IMG/VR virus record: IMGVR_UViG_3300046170_000227
Coordinates: 1-60,106 of that record
DNA from: a virus
Taxonomy: Duplodnaviria > Caudoviricetes
Reading direction: 5' to 3' (one strand)
Length of the DNA stretch: 60,106 nucleotides
The notes under the pieces were generated by a model, which was not told where the DNA came from, searched no databases, and worked only from the letters and a program-made list of their open reading frames with translations. The position numbers were made by a program, and so were the translations under genes. Shown here piece after piece: positions 1-10,523 of this stretch (position 1 is the stretch's first letter; every line of letters begins with the position of its first letter).

Positions 1-200
1 CTAATGCAACTGATATGCCTTTTAGATTTGTACCGTGTATGGTTTCAGGATTAGCTTATTATTTATCTATGAAGTATGCACCACAAATGACTCAACCAAT
101 GAAATTATATTATGAAGATGAATTAGCAAGAGCCTTGGCAGAAGATGGTTCAGCTTCAAGTACATTTATTACACCTAAAGCTTATTACCCAGGAACTTAA
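1..200 (+). CDS. C-terminal part of head-tail connector/tail-tubular-like virion protein (continues from 59557 across the origin)
   Basis: 59557..60106 is 550 nt (183 codons + 1). Joining it to position 1 gives ...DVGSY-TNATDMPFRFVPC in frame with ORF 15..200. Confidence 0.75.
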   Translation, partial: NATDMPFRFVPCMVSGLAYYLSMKYAPQMTQPMKLYYEDELARALAEDGSASSTFITPKAYYPGT

Positions 201-802
201 TGTCCAAATACGCAACAGGAAAACATTCAAAAGCAATTTCTGATAGATCAGGTATGGAATTTCCATACAGAGAAATGGTTAGAGAATGGAATGGTTCTTT
301 TGTACACTACACAGAGTATGAACCCAAACAACCACAACTTGAACCTAAACCAATTGGTGGTGATGGTGTTGCACTATTGAATGTAAGACCGGCCAGAACA
401 GAACCAATCACAACTGTAATGATACCACAAGATGGTTTTAAAACTTACCAAGCAGGATCAGGAATTATAAATGTAAATGTACCAGGACATGGTTTAACAA
501 ATGGTACAACATATTTATTTAGAGGTGCACCAACAATTTCACCTGGAACAGGAACAACAACTAATCCTGTTTTTGCTTATGCAACTATTCCTAACTTTGA
601 TGGAATTACAGGAGTACAAATAGGACAAGGATCTGGATATGCTATAACAACAGGTCTTTATGATAGTGGAGCAAGAGTTACAACAGACTATGCTTTGTCA
701 AATTTCTTCTTCTTTACAGTTAATGCAGATACTGCTACAACAGGAAATATTAATGGAGGAGGTTATGGTTGTTCAATAGGACCCATAACTATACAAGCAT
801 GA
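200..802 (+). CDS. Putative virion structural protein
   Basis: 200-aa T/G-rich ORF, translationally coupled, in the structural operon. Confidence 0.6.
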   Translation: MSKYATGKHSKAISDRSGMEFPYREMVREWNGSFVHYTEYEPKQPQLEPKPIGGDGVALLNVRPARTEPITTVMIPQDGFKTYQAGSGIINVNVPGHGLTNGTTYLFRGAPTISPGTGTTTNPVFAYATIPNFDGITGVQIGQGSGYAITTGLYDSGARVTTDYALSNFFFFTVNADTATTGNINGGGYGCSIGPITIQA

Positions 803-954
803 TAAATTTTTTTTTAAATTGGATAAAAGCTGCAGTTACACCACGTAGACAAAAAGATGAACATCTTGAGTTTTATGAAAACAAAAGAAGTCATTGTGAA
901 AAATGTCCTAAATATAAACACAGATGTCCTGATTGTAGAGAGGCAGTTAAATAA
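799..954 (+). CDS. Small CxxC-CxxC (zinc-ribbon-like) protein
   Basis: ATG at 799 overlaps the upstream stop; HCEKC...RCPDC. Confidence 0.45.
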   Translation: MINFFLNWIKAAVTPRRQKDEHLEFYENKRSHCEKCPKYKHRCPDCREAVK

Positions 955-1625
955 TGGCCTACACTTTAGCTAACTTACAAGATGATATTAGAAGCTATAC
1001 AGAAGTAGATGATGGTGTTTTAACAACAGGTATTTTAAATACCATGATTAAAAATTCAGAAAACAAAATATATAGAGAATCAGATTCTGATGATAATAGA
1101 TTTTATGCAACATCAAATTTAGCAGCTGGTAGTAGATATGTTACAATTCCATCGGATTTAAGATTTATTAGATATGTACAATTAACAGATGCTGCTGGAA
1201 ACCAAACTTTCTTAGAAAAAAAAGATACAAGTTATATGGCTACTTTTTATGATACACCGGGAACAGCTTCGGGTATTCCAAAGTATTATGCTAATTGGGA
1301 CGCTAATTATTGGGTAGTAGCACCCACTCCAAATAGCACTAATTTAATAACTTTAGCCTACACAAAACAACCGGATTCAATAACAGCTTCACCAGGAAGT
1401 ACTCAAGGAACTTACACAAGTAATAAATATCAGGATTTACTTTTGTATGCTTGTCTGGTAGAAGCATATGGATACTTGAAAGGTCCTGCAGATATGTTAC
1501 AATACTACATGCAGGCTTATCAAAAAGCTTTACAATCGTATTCGATCGAACAACAAGGTCGTAGACGCCGAGACGAATATCAAGATGGTGTTATTCGAAC
1601 TCCTTTAAAATCACCATCACCATAA
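954..1625 (+). CDS. Putative head-to-tail adaptor protein
   Basis: 223 aa with G.PKYYA..., PTP....LAY and DLLLYACLVEA pattern typical of phage adaptor proteins; position in operon. Confidence 0.6.
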   Translation: MAYTLANLQDDIRSYTEVDDGVLTTGILNTMIKNSENKIYRESDSDDNRFYATSNLAAGSRYVTIPSDLRFIRYVQLTDAAGNQTFLEKKDTSYMATFYDTPGTASGIPKYYANWDANYWVVAPTPNSTNLITLAYTKQPDSITASPGSTQGTYTSNKYQDLLLYACLVEAYGYLKGPADMLQYYMQAYQKALQSYSIEQQGRRRRDEYQDGVIRTPLKSPSP

Positions 1626-1646
1626 TAATAATTAAGGAGATAATTA

Positions 1647-2079
1647 ATGGCAAATATAGTACCTGACTCTTTTAAAACAAACCTACTTGGTGGTACGTTT
1701 GATTTTGATTCATCTGGTGGATCAACTTTTAAACTTGCACTTTACAGTAACATTACTGGTTTTAGTACTTCAACAACTGCTTATACAACTACTAATGAGG
1801 TTTCTTCATCTGGTACGAAACTATACTGCAGGTGGAAATACTTTAACTAATAATGGTGTAGCGGTATCAAGTAATGTTGCATTCGTTGACTTTGCAGATT
1901 CTACTTTTAGTTCTGTAACGTTATCAGCAACAGGGGCATTGATTTATAAAGGTTCAAGTAATGAAGCTGTATTAGTTTTAGATTTCGGTGGAACAAAAAC
2001 TGCAACTAACGGTGATTTCGTTGTTCAGTTTCCAACTGCTGATTCTTCTAATGCAATCATTAGACTTGGCGACGCATAA
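1647..2079 (+). CDS. Virion structural protein (frameshift near 1818)
   Basis: ORFs 1647..1850 and 1687..2079 join as FKLALY...EVSSSGT-NYTAGG...VLDFGG. Confidence 0.65.
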
Positions 2080-2098
2080 TAATTAAAAGGAAATAGTA

Positions 2099-2554
2099 AT
2101 GGCATTTGTACTCAACGACAGAGTTAAAGAAACATCTACTACGACAGGGACTGGTACGTTCAATTTAGCCGGAGCAGAAGTTGGTTTTGAAACTTTCGTA
2201 TCTGGAATTGGAACTACCAATAATACTTTCTATGCAATATCATTAGATGGAACTGCAGAGTTTGAAGTAGGTATTGGAACTGTAACTGATGCATCACCTG
2301 ATACTTTATCAAGAGACACTATTATTTCTTCGTCAAACTCCGATAACAAAGTAAATTTTTCTGCAGGAACTAAAACTGTATTTTGTACATACCCTGCAAA
2401 ACGTGCGCCGTCAGCAAGTATGACAGCTACAACTTATGTAACAACACATGCTTCAACAATTTCTGATGTTCAAACAATGGACTCAGGAGTTTTAGCAGGA
2501 CCGGTAACGGTTTCAGGTAATGTTACAGTAACAGGAACATTGGTAATAATATAA
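2099..2554 (+). CDS. Tail/fibre-associated structural protein
   Basis: 151 aa, DRVKETSTTTGTG start typical of marine phage fibre-base proteins; RBS upstream. Confidence 0.6.
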   Translation: MAFVLNDRVKETSTTTGTGTFNLAGAEVGFETFVSGIGTTNNTFYAISLDGTAEFEVGIGTVTDASPDTLSRDTIISSSNSDNKVNFSAGTKTVFCTYPAKRAPSASMTATTYVTTHASTISDVQTMDSGVLAGPVTVSGNVTVTGTLVII

Positions 2555-3468
2555 TGAGTCAAATAGAAGTAGATAAAATAATTCCTCAATCAGGAACTTC
2601 AACACAATTAGGTGAATCAGGTGATACGATTACTATTCCCGCAGGTGCAACTATTACTAACAATGGTACTGCAAATGGTTTTGGAAGTGCAGATACTGAA
2701 AAAGTAAAAGTATCTGCTAACGATACAACAGCCGGTTTTTTAAATGGTAAATTAGTTGCAGGTACAAATATATCTTTAACTGAAGGTAATGATGGTGGTA
2801 ATGAAACTCTAACCGCTGCTCTTTCAGGAACAATTGCAACAGCACAAATTGCAGATGATGCAGTAACCTTGGCTAAAATGGCCCCAGGTACAGACGGAAA
2901 TATTATTTCATATGATGCATCTGGTAATCCTGTAGCAGTAGCAACAGGAAGTGCAGGACAAATTTTAACTTCTGCTGGAGCAGGTGCTCCTCCAACTTTT
3001 GAAACTTTAGCTAGTGAAGCTAACACTCCAGCTTTTCAAGTTTTATTAAGTAGTTCTCAATCTGTAAATTCTGGTACAAACACAGTAATTGCTTTTGATA
3101 CTGAAATTTTTGATAGTGATAATGCAGTTTCAAGTGGGGTATTTACTGTTCCATCTGGTAAAGCTGGAAAATATTTTTTTGCAGTTAATGGTGGTATGAA
3201 CACAGGAAATAATATTGAGTATGTTAATCTTTGGATTTCTAAAAATAATCAAACAACCATAGCTACAACTTCTGGCTGGGCAATAGCAATAGAGTATTAT
3301 CATCAAGGTGATGCTGGATCATCAAATCAAATTCAATCTGTCTCTGGTACAATGGATTTAGCAGTCGGAGATAGTGTAAAAATTTATATATTACACAATT
3401 TTGGAAGTAGTAAAGGTACAGCTGATAAAGGTAGATTTACTTTTTCTGGACACAGATTAATAACATAG
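2554..3468 (+). CDS. Tail fibre protein with C-terminal C1q/TNF-like beta domain
   Basis: G/T/A-rich shaft, IADDAVTLAKMA repeat unit, C-terminal PAF...FDTE..D...FTVPSGKAGKY. Confidence 0.6.
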   Translation: MSQIEVDKIIPQSGTSTQLGESGDTITIPAGATITNNGTANGFGSADTEKVKVSANDTTAGFLNGKLVAGTNISLTEGNDGGNETLTAALSGTIATAQIADDAVTLAKMAPGTDGNIISYDASGNPVAVATGSAGQILTSAGAGAPPTFETLASEANTPAFQVLLSSSQSVNSGTNTVIAFDTEIFDSDNAVSSGVFTVPSGKAGKYFFAVNGGMNTGNNIEYVNLWISKNNQTTIATTSGWAIAIEYYHQGDAGSSNQIQSVSGTMDLAVGDSVKIYILHNFGSSKGTADKGRFTFSGHRLIT

Positions 3469-3476
3469 GATAAATT

Positions 3477-3803
3477 ATGGCACAATTAGACACAAAAATA
3501 AAATTATACGCAGCAGCAAATGGTGTGGCAAACATTAATTTTAGATCAGATGTTATCTTGGTAGATGATGGTGATGGAGTTGTTTATATCCATGAATGGA
3601 ATTTAGATATTGCTCAACCAACTGCTGAACAAATAGCTTCATATGAAACTGCAGCAACAACAGAAGAAGCATTACAAGTAGTTTTAAGTAATAGAGCAAA
3701 AGACTATCCATCTATAAAAGATCAGCTCGACAAAATTTATCATTCAGGAATAGAGGAATGGAAAAAAGTAATTAAAACAACAAAGGATAAGTACCCTAAA
3801 TGA
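3477..3803 (+). CDS. Tail fibre chaperone-like protein (XkdW-like)
   Basis: I..WN...QPT..Q motif and YPSI.DQLD...KYPK tail; follows the fibre gene. Confidence 0.5.
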   Translation: MAQLDTKIKLYAAANGVANINFRSDVILVDDGDGVVYIHEWNLDIAQPTAEQIASYETAATTEEALQVVLSNRAKDYPSIKDQLDKIYHSGIEEWKKVIKTTKDKYPK

Positions 3804-4585
3804 GTGAAGTAAAAGTAAATAAAATTAGTCCAAGGTCCGGGACCGGTGTACAGCTAGGAGATAGTGGAGATACTATAACTATTCCTGCAGGTGCAACACT
3901 AACTGGTACACAGAACATTGCAAACACATCTTTAGTAGGTTCAGGACAAATTACAATTAATGGTACTGCGGTAGCATTAGGTGGATCTATTACTTTAGTT
4001 ACAGAAACAAGACCAACAGTATCAGGTATCAGTCCTTCAGCGATTGAAAATACACAAACAGCAGTTGTTATTACAGGAACTAATTTTGTATCGGTTCCAT
4101 TAGTTACAGCAATCAACTCAACTACCGGTGCACAATTTACAGCGGATGAAGTATCTTTTACATCATCTACAAGTATCACAGCAAAATTTACTATTTCAGT
4201 TGACGCAAGTTACAAATTATATGTAGAGAATCCAGATGGTAATGCAGTTCAAACTGGAGCTATACTAACAGTATCAGATGCACCCGCTTGGCAAACTGCA
4301 GCAGGTACACTAGGTACATTTTCAGGAGCAACAAGTATTTGAACAATAACATTAACAGCAACAAATTCTACAGGGATGGCTGTACAATCAGGAGCATTAC
4401 CTGGTGGAATTACATTGAACAGTGGATCAGGATCTAGTACACTAACAGGTACTGAATCAGGCGCTTCTGCTGATACAACTTTTAACTTTACAATTAGAGC
4501 AACAGATGCTGAAGGTCAAACAGCAGATAGAGCATTTAGTTTAACATTTACATTTGGAGCAAACAACTCTATGAGTTTCAACTAG
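3800..4585 (+). CDS. Ig-like domain fibre protein, copy 1 (frameshift near 4340)
   Basis: IPT/TIG-like PTVSGISP..ITGTNF and putative Ig SGALPGG...FTIRATDAEGQ; split over two ORFs. Confidence 0.6.
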
Positions 4586-4594
4586 GATAATATT

Positions 4595-5914
4595 ATGGCA
4601 AACAGTTACTTATCACATACAACTTCAACACCTACTAATAGTGATAAAGCTACACTTTCATTTTGGTTAAAAAGATCATTACTATCTTCTGGGAGAGGTG
4701 TATTTGCAGAAGATACCAATGGTACTAATAAATTTGCTTTTATTTTAGGTTCAAATAATACAATAAGTATTTTTCAAGAAACTGGTGGTACAGTTGATAT
4801 TAACTTGGTGACAAATAGAGTATTTAGAGATACTTCAGCATGGTATAATATTGTTGTAGCTTATGATAGTTCACAAGGATCAGCAAGTGATAGAGTAAAG
4901 TTGTATGTAAATGGTTCTCAAGAAACATCATTTAGCACATCAACTTATCCATCTTCAAATGTAGATTTTAGATTTAATAAAAGTGGTATTGCACAAGAAA
5001 TAGGTAGGTATGAGGGTGGTAATTATTTTGATGGTTATTTAAGTCATGTTGCATTCGTAGATGGTCAAGCATTAGCACCAACTGTATTCGGTGAAACAGA
5101 TTCTACATCAGGTATCTGGAAATTTAAACAACCATCTGGTGTTACTTGGGGTACTAATGGTTTTTGGTTAAAATTTGAAAACTCTGGTGCTTTAGGTACA
5201 GATAGTTCTGGTAACTCAAACACATTCACAGTTAATGGTAATGGCAGACAGGCACTTGATACACCATCAAATGTTCATGCTACTGGAAATCCTTTATATG
5301 TTTGGAATTATAATTTAACTCAATCAAATGCAAATCTTTCTTTTGCAGGTTCACAAAACCAATGGCAAGGAGCATCTACTAATATCGCCATATCAAAAGG
5401 TAAATGGTACTATGAAGCAAAATTTACATCTGGTACAGACATAATCAATTGGGGTGTTGGTTTTATGGGGATGGAAGATTACAACCTTACCAATGCTACA
5501 AGAAATTTTGTAGGTTTTTATAACTATGATGGTGGGGAAATTTGGGTTGCAGATGCTTCAAATAGTACTGCTACTACAGCTGATTACGGTACGTTTTCTA
5601 ATGGAGATATTATAGGTATAGCACTTGATTATGATAACACATATCTTTCTGTTTATAAAAATGGGTCAGCTATTGTAACTAATTTTGATTATGGCGCTGT
5701 AGGTACAAGTTCAACTGTCAAAGGAGGAAAATTTATTGCTCCTGTATTCTTTAATTATGGAAGTGGTACTGCGTCAGCAAACTTCGGCAATGGATATTTT
5801 GGCACTACTGCTATAACTTCTGCAGGTTCAAATGGTAATGGATCTTTATTTGAATATGATGTACCATCAGGATACTACGCATTAAATACAAAAAACATTA
5901 ACACTTATGGATAA
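4595..5914 (+). CDS. LamG/concanavalin + SPRY-like putative receptor-binding protein, copy 1
   Basis: TLSFWLKR, FRDTSAWYNIVV, GKWYYE and GDIIGIALD motifs. Confidence 0.65.
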   Translation: MANSYLSHTTSTPTNSDKATLSFWLKRSLLSSGRGVFAEDTNGTNKFAFILGSNNTISIFQETGGTVDINLVTNRVFRDTSAWYNIVVAYDSSQGSASDRVKLYVNGSQETSFSTSTYPSSNVDFRFNKSGIAQEIGRYEGGNYFDGYLSHVAFVDGQALAPTVFGETDSTSGIWKFKQPSGVTWGTNGFWLKFENSGALGTDSSGNSNTFTVNGNGRQALDTPSNVHATGNPLYVWNYNLTQSNANLSFAGSQNQWQGASTNIAISKGKWYYEAKFTSGTDIINWGVGFMGMEDYNLTNATRNFVGFYNYDGGEIWVADASNSTATTADYGTFSNGDIIGIALDYDNTYLSVYKNGSAIVTNFDYGAVGTSSTVKGGKFIAPVFFNYGSGTASANFGNGYFGTTAITSAGSNGNGSLFEYDVPSGYYALNTKNINTYG

Positions 5915-5919
5915 AAATT

Positions 5920-6963
5920 ATGGCTTATAGTTCAATTGTAAAACCTTCTGTTTATTTTAATACTAAACTTTATACAGGTAATGGTACTACAAATACAGCT
6001 ATAACTGGTGTTGGTTTTCAACCGGATTTATCAATTATTAAAGCTAGAGATATGACTTATGACCATAATGTAATGGATGCAGTAAGAGGTTCAACTAAAA
6101 GAGTAGCAACCAATTTAACTGATGCTGAAAGTACACAGGCAGAAATGATTAAATCTTTTGCTTCTGATGGATTTAATTTAGGTGATAATGGTGGAGTTAA
6201 TCAAAATACTAAAACATATGTAGCATGGAACTGGAAAGCAAATGGTGCAGGTTCATCAAACACAGATGGAAGCATAACCTCAACTGTTAGTGCAAATACT
6301 GCAAGTGGTTTCAGTATTGTTAAATATACAGGTACAGGTGCTAATGCTACAGTTGGTCATGGTTTAGGTGCTGTGCCTAGAATGATTATAGCAAAAAGAT
6401 TAACTGATGCTGAAAGTTGGGGAGTTTATAATGTTTCAAATGGTACAAATAAATATATGAAATTAGAAGAAGCAGTTTTAGCAGAAACTGCTACTAGTGT
6501 ATGGAATGATACAGCTCCTACAAGTTCTGTATTTTCATTAGGAACAAGTGGTTTATGTAATGGCTCTAGTAAAGATATGATTGCCTACTGTTTTGCAGAA
6601 AAAAAAGGCTACTCAAAAATTGAAAGCTACACAGGAAATGGCAGTACAGATGGACCATTTATTTATACAGGATTTAAACCTGCTTTTATTTTTAGTAAAA
6701 AAACTAATGCTTCTGGAACTAGTTGGACTATATGGGATAACAAAAGAAGTCCTTTTAATCCTGCTGATAAAATATTACACCCAAATAATACTAATGCAGA
6801 TAATACTGCTGATGATACAGATTTTTTATCTAATGGTTTTAAATTGAGAGCAACAGCAAGTGGTATGAATAATAATGGAGATTCATACATCTACATGGCA
6901 TTTGCAGAAAATCCATTGGTAGCTAATTCAGGAACAGATGGAGTACCGGCAACGGCTAGATAA
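5920..6963 (+). CDS. Beta-rich fibre/receptor-binding protein, copy 1
   Basis: YTGNG, GFQPD, GHGLGAVP, YIYMAF..P..AR; paralogous to 9492..10517. Confidence 0.6.
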   Translation: MAYSSIVKPSVYFNTKLYTGNGTTNTAITGVGFQPDLSIIKARDMTYDHNVMDAVRGSTKRVATNLTDAESTQAEMIKSFASDGFNLGDNGGVNQNTKTYVAWNWKANGAGSSNTDGSITSTVSANTASGFSIVKYTGTGANATVGHGLGAVPRMIIAKRLTDAESWGVYNVSNGTNKYMKLEEAVLAETATSVWNDTAPTSSVFSLGTSGLCNGSSKDMIAYCFAEKKGYSKIESYTGNGSTDGPFIYTGFKPAFIFSKKTNASGTSWTIWDNKRSPFNPADKILHPNNTNADNTADDTDFLSNGFKLRATASGMNNNGDSYIYMAFAENPLVANSGTDGVPATAR

Positions 6964-6965
6964 TT

Positions 6966-8125
6966 ATGAGTAGTATATTAAAAGTAGATACAATACAGGA
7001 CCAAAACGGTAATCTGATCATCAGTAAAGATTCTGGTGGTGGAGGATTTCTTAGTCCTTATGCATCGTCATCTGCTCCAATAACTTATACTGTAACTGTT
7101 GCATCAAAAACTGCAGCTCACCCTTATAATGGTGTGGGTAGTTCTAACGGTTATTTTATTAATGGTATCGAGTCACCTATTATTGAGATCAAAGGTAATG
7201 ACACATCAAAACCTTATCACTATAAATTTGATCAATCAGATGCATCTAACTCAGGACACCCTTTATGATTTTACAACAACGCTAGTAAGACTACAGCATT
7301 TACAACAGGAGTAACTACTAACTGGTACACCAGGACAAGCTGGTGCTTATACATTAATTGCTGTTGATAGCGATACACCAAATATTTTATACTACCAATG
7401 TTCATCACACGCGAACATGGGTAATCATACTTTCTCAACTTCACCTACAGTTAATACAGGTTTCTTTTTAAAATTACCTGCAGCCGATGGAACGGCAGAT
7501 CAGGTATTAAAAACCAACGGATCAGGTACCTTGTCTTTTGGATCAAGTGTAACTTTTCCAACTATAAGTTCTATTAGTCCAAGTGCTATTGAAAACACAC
7601 AGACAGCAGTAACGGTTACAGGAACTAACTTTCAATCAATACCTACAGTTGATGCAATCAATGCTTCAACCGGTGCAATTACTAACTGCAGACAGTGTTG
7701 CATTTACAAATGCAACAACGATTGTTGCAACGTTTACAATATCGGTAGATGGTACTTATTATTTAAGAGCAGAGAACAACGATGGTTTAGCCGTAAGATC
7801 AACTAATGCATTATTAACTGTATCGGATGCACCTGCATGGACAACTGCTGCAGGTAGTCTAGGAACAGTGGCCGCAACAGGAAGTGTTAACTTTACAGTA
7901 GCTGCAACAAATGCTACAAGTTTTGCTAAGACATCTGGAAGTTTTCCAGGTGGTGTAAGTATTAATGCAAGCACCGGAGTAATATCTGGAACTGAGTCAG
8001 GGTCAAGTGCTACGACTACTTATACATTTACAATAAGAGCAACAGATGCACAGGGCCAAACGGCTGACAGACAGTTTACAATTACAATATCTCACGGAGC
8101 ATCAGGAGGAGGACAATTTAACTAA
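6966..8125 (+). CDS. Fibre protein with cupredoxin-like segment and Ig-like domains, copy 2 (internal stop ~7266, frameshifts ~7320-7340 and ~7680)
   Basis: ORFs 6966, 7417 and 7649 join; C-terminal half is paralogous to 3800..4585 (ISPSAIENTQTAV, LTVSDAPAW, RATDA.GQTADR). Confidence 0.55.
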
Positions 8126-9492
8126 TGGCTAGTACATATTTAACATACACACAACAATCACCATCTACAGCAGAGGGTCAAAAATTTACTTTATCTATGT
8201 GGGTTAAAAAAACTGCAAATACAGACATGGGTTTGTATGGAAACACCTATTCTAATACACATAGAGGATATATTTATTTTGATGGTAATGATAGATTATC
8301 TTATTATGATTCTAATGGAGTAAATTATACAACAACAAGAGTATTTAGAGATAATAACTCATTTTATCATATTGTAGTTTCAGTAGATACAACACTGTCA
8401 ACATCATCAGATAGAATTAAATTTTATGTTAATGGTCTAAGAGAAACTGTTTTTACTAATAGTTCAGCACCAAATCAAAATGATACATTAAAATTAATGA
8501 ATACTACTAATACTCCGAATATGGGAAGAATGGTAGAGGCAGGAACTTCTTATTATTTTCAAGGTGTCATATCTCATGCTCATTTTACACAGGGTTATAC
8601 TTATGATGCAACACCATTTGGTGAAACAGATAGCACAACTGGAGAATGGAAAATTAAAACTGATGTTACTGGTGTAACTTATGGAACTAATGGTTTTTGG
8701 TGGTTAAAAGATAATATTGCTACAACAGACCATTCACCAAACTCAAACACATTTTCAGTTGGTGGTGGTACACTTACAAAAACAGAAGATAATCCAAGCA
8801 ATGTTTTTGCTACATTAAATAAATTACAAAAACCTTATGTATCTCAAAGTAATACTTTAAGTTTTGGTAATACTCAATACGCAGATAATAATTCAAATTG
8901 GCAAAGAAATTATGGTACGATAGGTGCTACAACTGGAAAATATTTTTATGAGTTTAAATGTTTAAATGATGATGGTAATTCAGGACGTTGCCGTATTGGT
9001 TGGGATAGTATTGATGATATAAATGCTTCTAATGATAATTATTATAGTGGATTAACTTTAGATAGAGCAGGAATATTAAGAGGTGGTGAAAAAGGTTATG
9101 ATGGTTATAGTCCAAATAATGTTCAAATGTCAGCAGCTCATAGTAGTGGTAATTTTAGTTTTACCGCAGGTGATATTCTTGGAATGGGTATTGATATAGA
9201 TAATAATACATTTTCAGTTTATAAAAATGGAAATTTAGAAATTAATGCTTACAGCTATGCTTCTTCAGCTAATTGTAGTATATTAAAATCAAAAGGACAT
9301 TTTATAGCACCATCTGTAAATTGGTATTCTACAAGTGGAGATGTAAATAGTGGTGCTTTTAACTTCGGCAATGGCTACTTCGGAACAACAGCAGTATCTA
9401 GTGCAGGAACTAATGCTAGTAATAATGGAATTTTTGAGTATGATGTACCATCTGGTTACACAGCTTTTTCAACAAAAGGATTAAACTTATAA
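8125..9492 (+). CDS. LamG/concanavalin + SPRY-like putative receptor-binding protein, copy 2
   Basis: Paralogous to 4595..5914 (FGETDS, GTNGFW, NFGNGYFGTTA, FEYDVPSGY). Confidence 0.65.
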   Translation: MASTYLTYTQQSPSTAEGQKFTLSMWVKKTANTDMGLYGNTYSNTHRGYIYFDGNDRLSYYDSNGVNYTTTRVFRDNNSFYHIVVSVDTTLSTSSDRIKFYVNGLRETVFTNSSAPNQNDTLKLMNTTNTPNMGRMVEAGTSYYFQGVISHAHFTQGYTYDATPFGETDSTTGEWKIKTDVTGVTYGTNGFWWLKDNIATTDHSPNSNTFSVGGGTLTKTEDNPSNVFATLNKLQKPYVSQSNTLSFGNTQYADNNSNWQRNYGTIGATTGKYFYEFKCLNDDGNSGRCRIGWDSIDDINASNDNYYSGLTLDRAGILRGGEKGYDGYSPNNVQMSAAHSSGNFSFTAGDILGMGIDIDNNTFSVYKNGNLEINAYSYASSANCSILKSKGHFIAPSVNWYSTSGDVNSGAFNFGNGYFGTTAVSSAGTNASNNGIFEYDVPSGYTAFSTKGLNL

Positions 9493-10517
9493 TGGCTTAC
9501 ACAACAATTAATAAATCTACAGATTACTTTAATACTAAACTTTGGACAGGTAATGGCTCTACACAAAATATAACAGGTGTTAATCATACACCAGATTTTG
9601 TATGGATAAAGAAACGAACTGATGCTGATGGTGCAAGAATATTTGATACTGTTAGAGGTGCAACAAAAGGTATTTTTACCAATTCTACTGCAGCAGAAAC
9701 TACTGTTACAAGTGAGTTAAGTGCATTTGGTTCTGATGGTTATACATTAGGTGCATCTGATGCTGTTAATGGAAATTCAAAAAATTATGTAGGTTGGAAC
9801 TGGAAAGCAAATGGTCAAGGTTCATCAAATACAGATGGTTCAATAAACACTACATACACTTCTGTTAATACAACAGCAGGTTTTTCAATATGTAAATGGA
9901 CAGGAACAGGAAGTGCAGGAACTATTGGTCATGGTTTAGGTGCTGTACCTAAAATGATAATTATTAAAGATTTGTCTAATACTAGAGATTGGTTTGTTTA
10001 TCATGCAAGTGTAGGAAATAATAAAAGATTAAAATTAAATGATACTGTTGCAGAAGGAGCTTCTACTGTATTTAATAGCACAACACCTACTTCTTCTGTT
10101 TTTTCTATAGATGGTTCAGTATATGTAAATAATTCTGGTTCAAATTACATAGCCTACTGCTTTGCAGAAAAAGCTGGTTACAGCAAGTTTGGTTCTTATA
10201 CTGGTAATGGAAATGCAGATGGACCATTTATTTATACAGGATTTAAACCTTCGTTTCTTATGGTTAAAAGAACAGATACTGCAGATACTTGGATTATGTA
10301 TGATAATAAAAGAATTGGTTACAATCCAAATAATTATTTTCTTCAAGCAAATAGTAATGCTGCTGAATCTAGTTCAGATAGATTTGATTTACTAAGTAAT
10401 GGTTTTAAACCAAGATATGATTGGACACCCATAAATGCTTCGGGTGGAACATACATCTACATGGCCTTTGGCCAAAGCATAGTTGGCAGTAATAATATTC
10501 CGGCGACGGCAAGGTAG
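9492..10517 (+). CDS. Beta-rich fibre/receptor-binding protein, copy 2
   Basis: Paralogous to 5920..6963 (WNWKANG.GSSNTDGSI, DGPFIYTGFKP, PATAR end). Confidence 0.6.
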   Translation: MAYTTINKSTDYFNTKLWTGNGSTQNITGVNHTPDFVWIKKRTDADGARIFDTVRGATKGIFTNSTAAETTVTSELSAFGSDGYTLGASDAVNGNSKNYVGWNWKANGQGSSNTDGSINTTYTSVNTTAGFSICKWTGTGSAGTIGHGLGAVPKMIIIKDLSNTRDWFVYHASVGNNKRLKLNDTVAEGASTVFNSTTPTSSVFSIDGSVYVNNSGSNYIAYCFAEKAGYSKFGSYTGNGNADGPFIYTGFKPSFLMVKRTDTADTWIMYDNKRIGYNPNNYFLQANSNAAESSSDRFDLLSNGFKPRYDWTPINASGGTYIYMAFGQSIVGSNNIPATAR

Positions 10518-10523
10518 CCCGCC

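Noticed and set aside
7264-7270. TGA readthrough or alternative genetic code
   Set aside because: A single in-frame TGA where Arg (AGA) would fit, in an error-rich region; TGA ends other genes normally.
3800-10517. Diversity-generating retroelement
   Set aside because: No reverse transcriptase recognised; the repeats are whole-gene paralogues, not an adenine-specific TR/VR pair.
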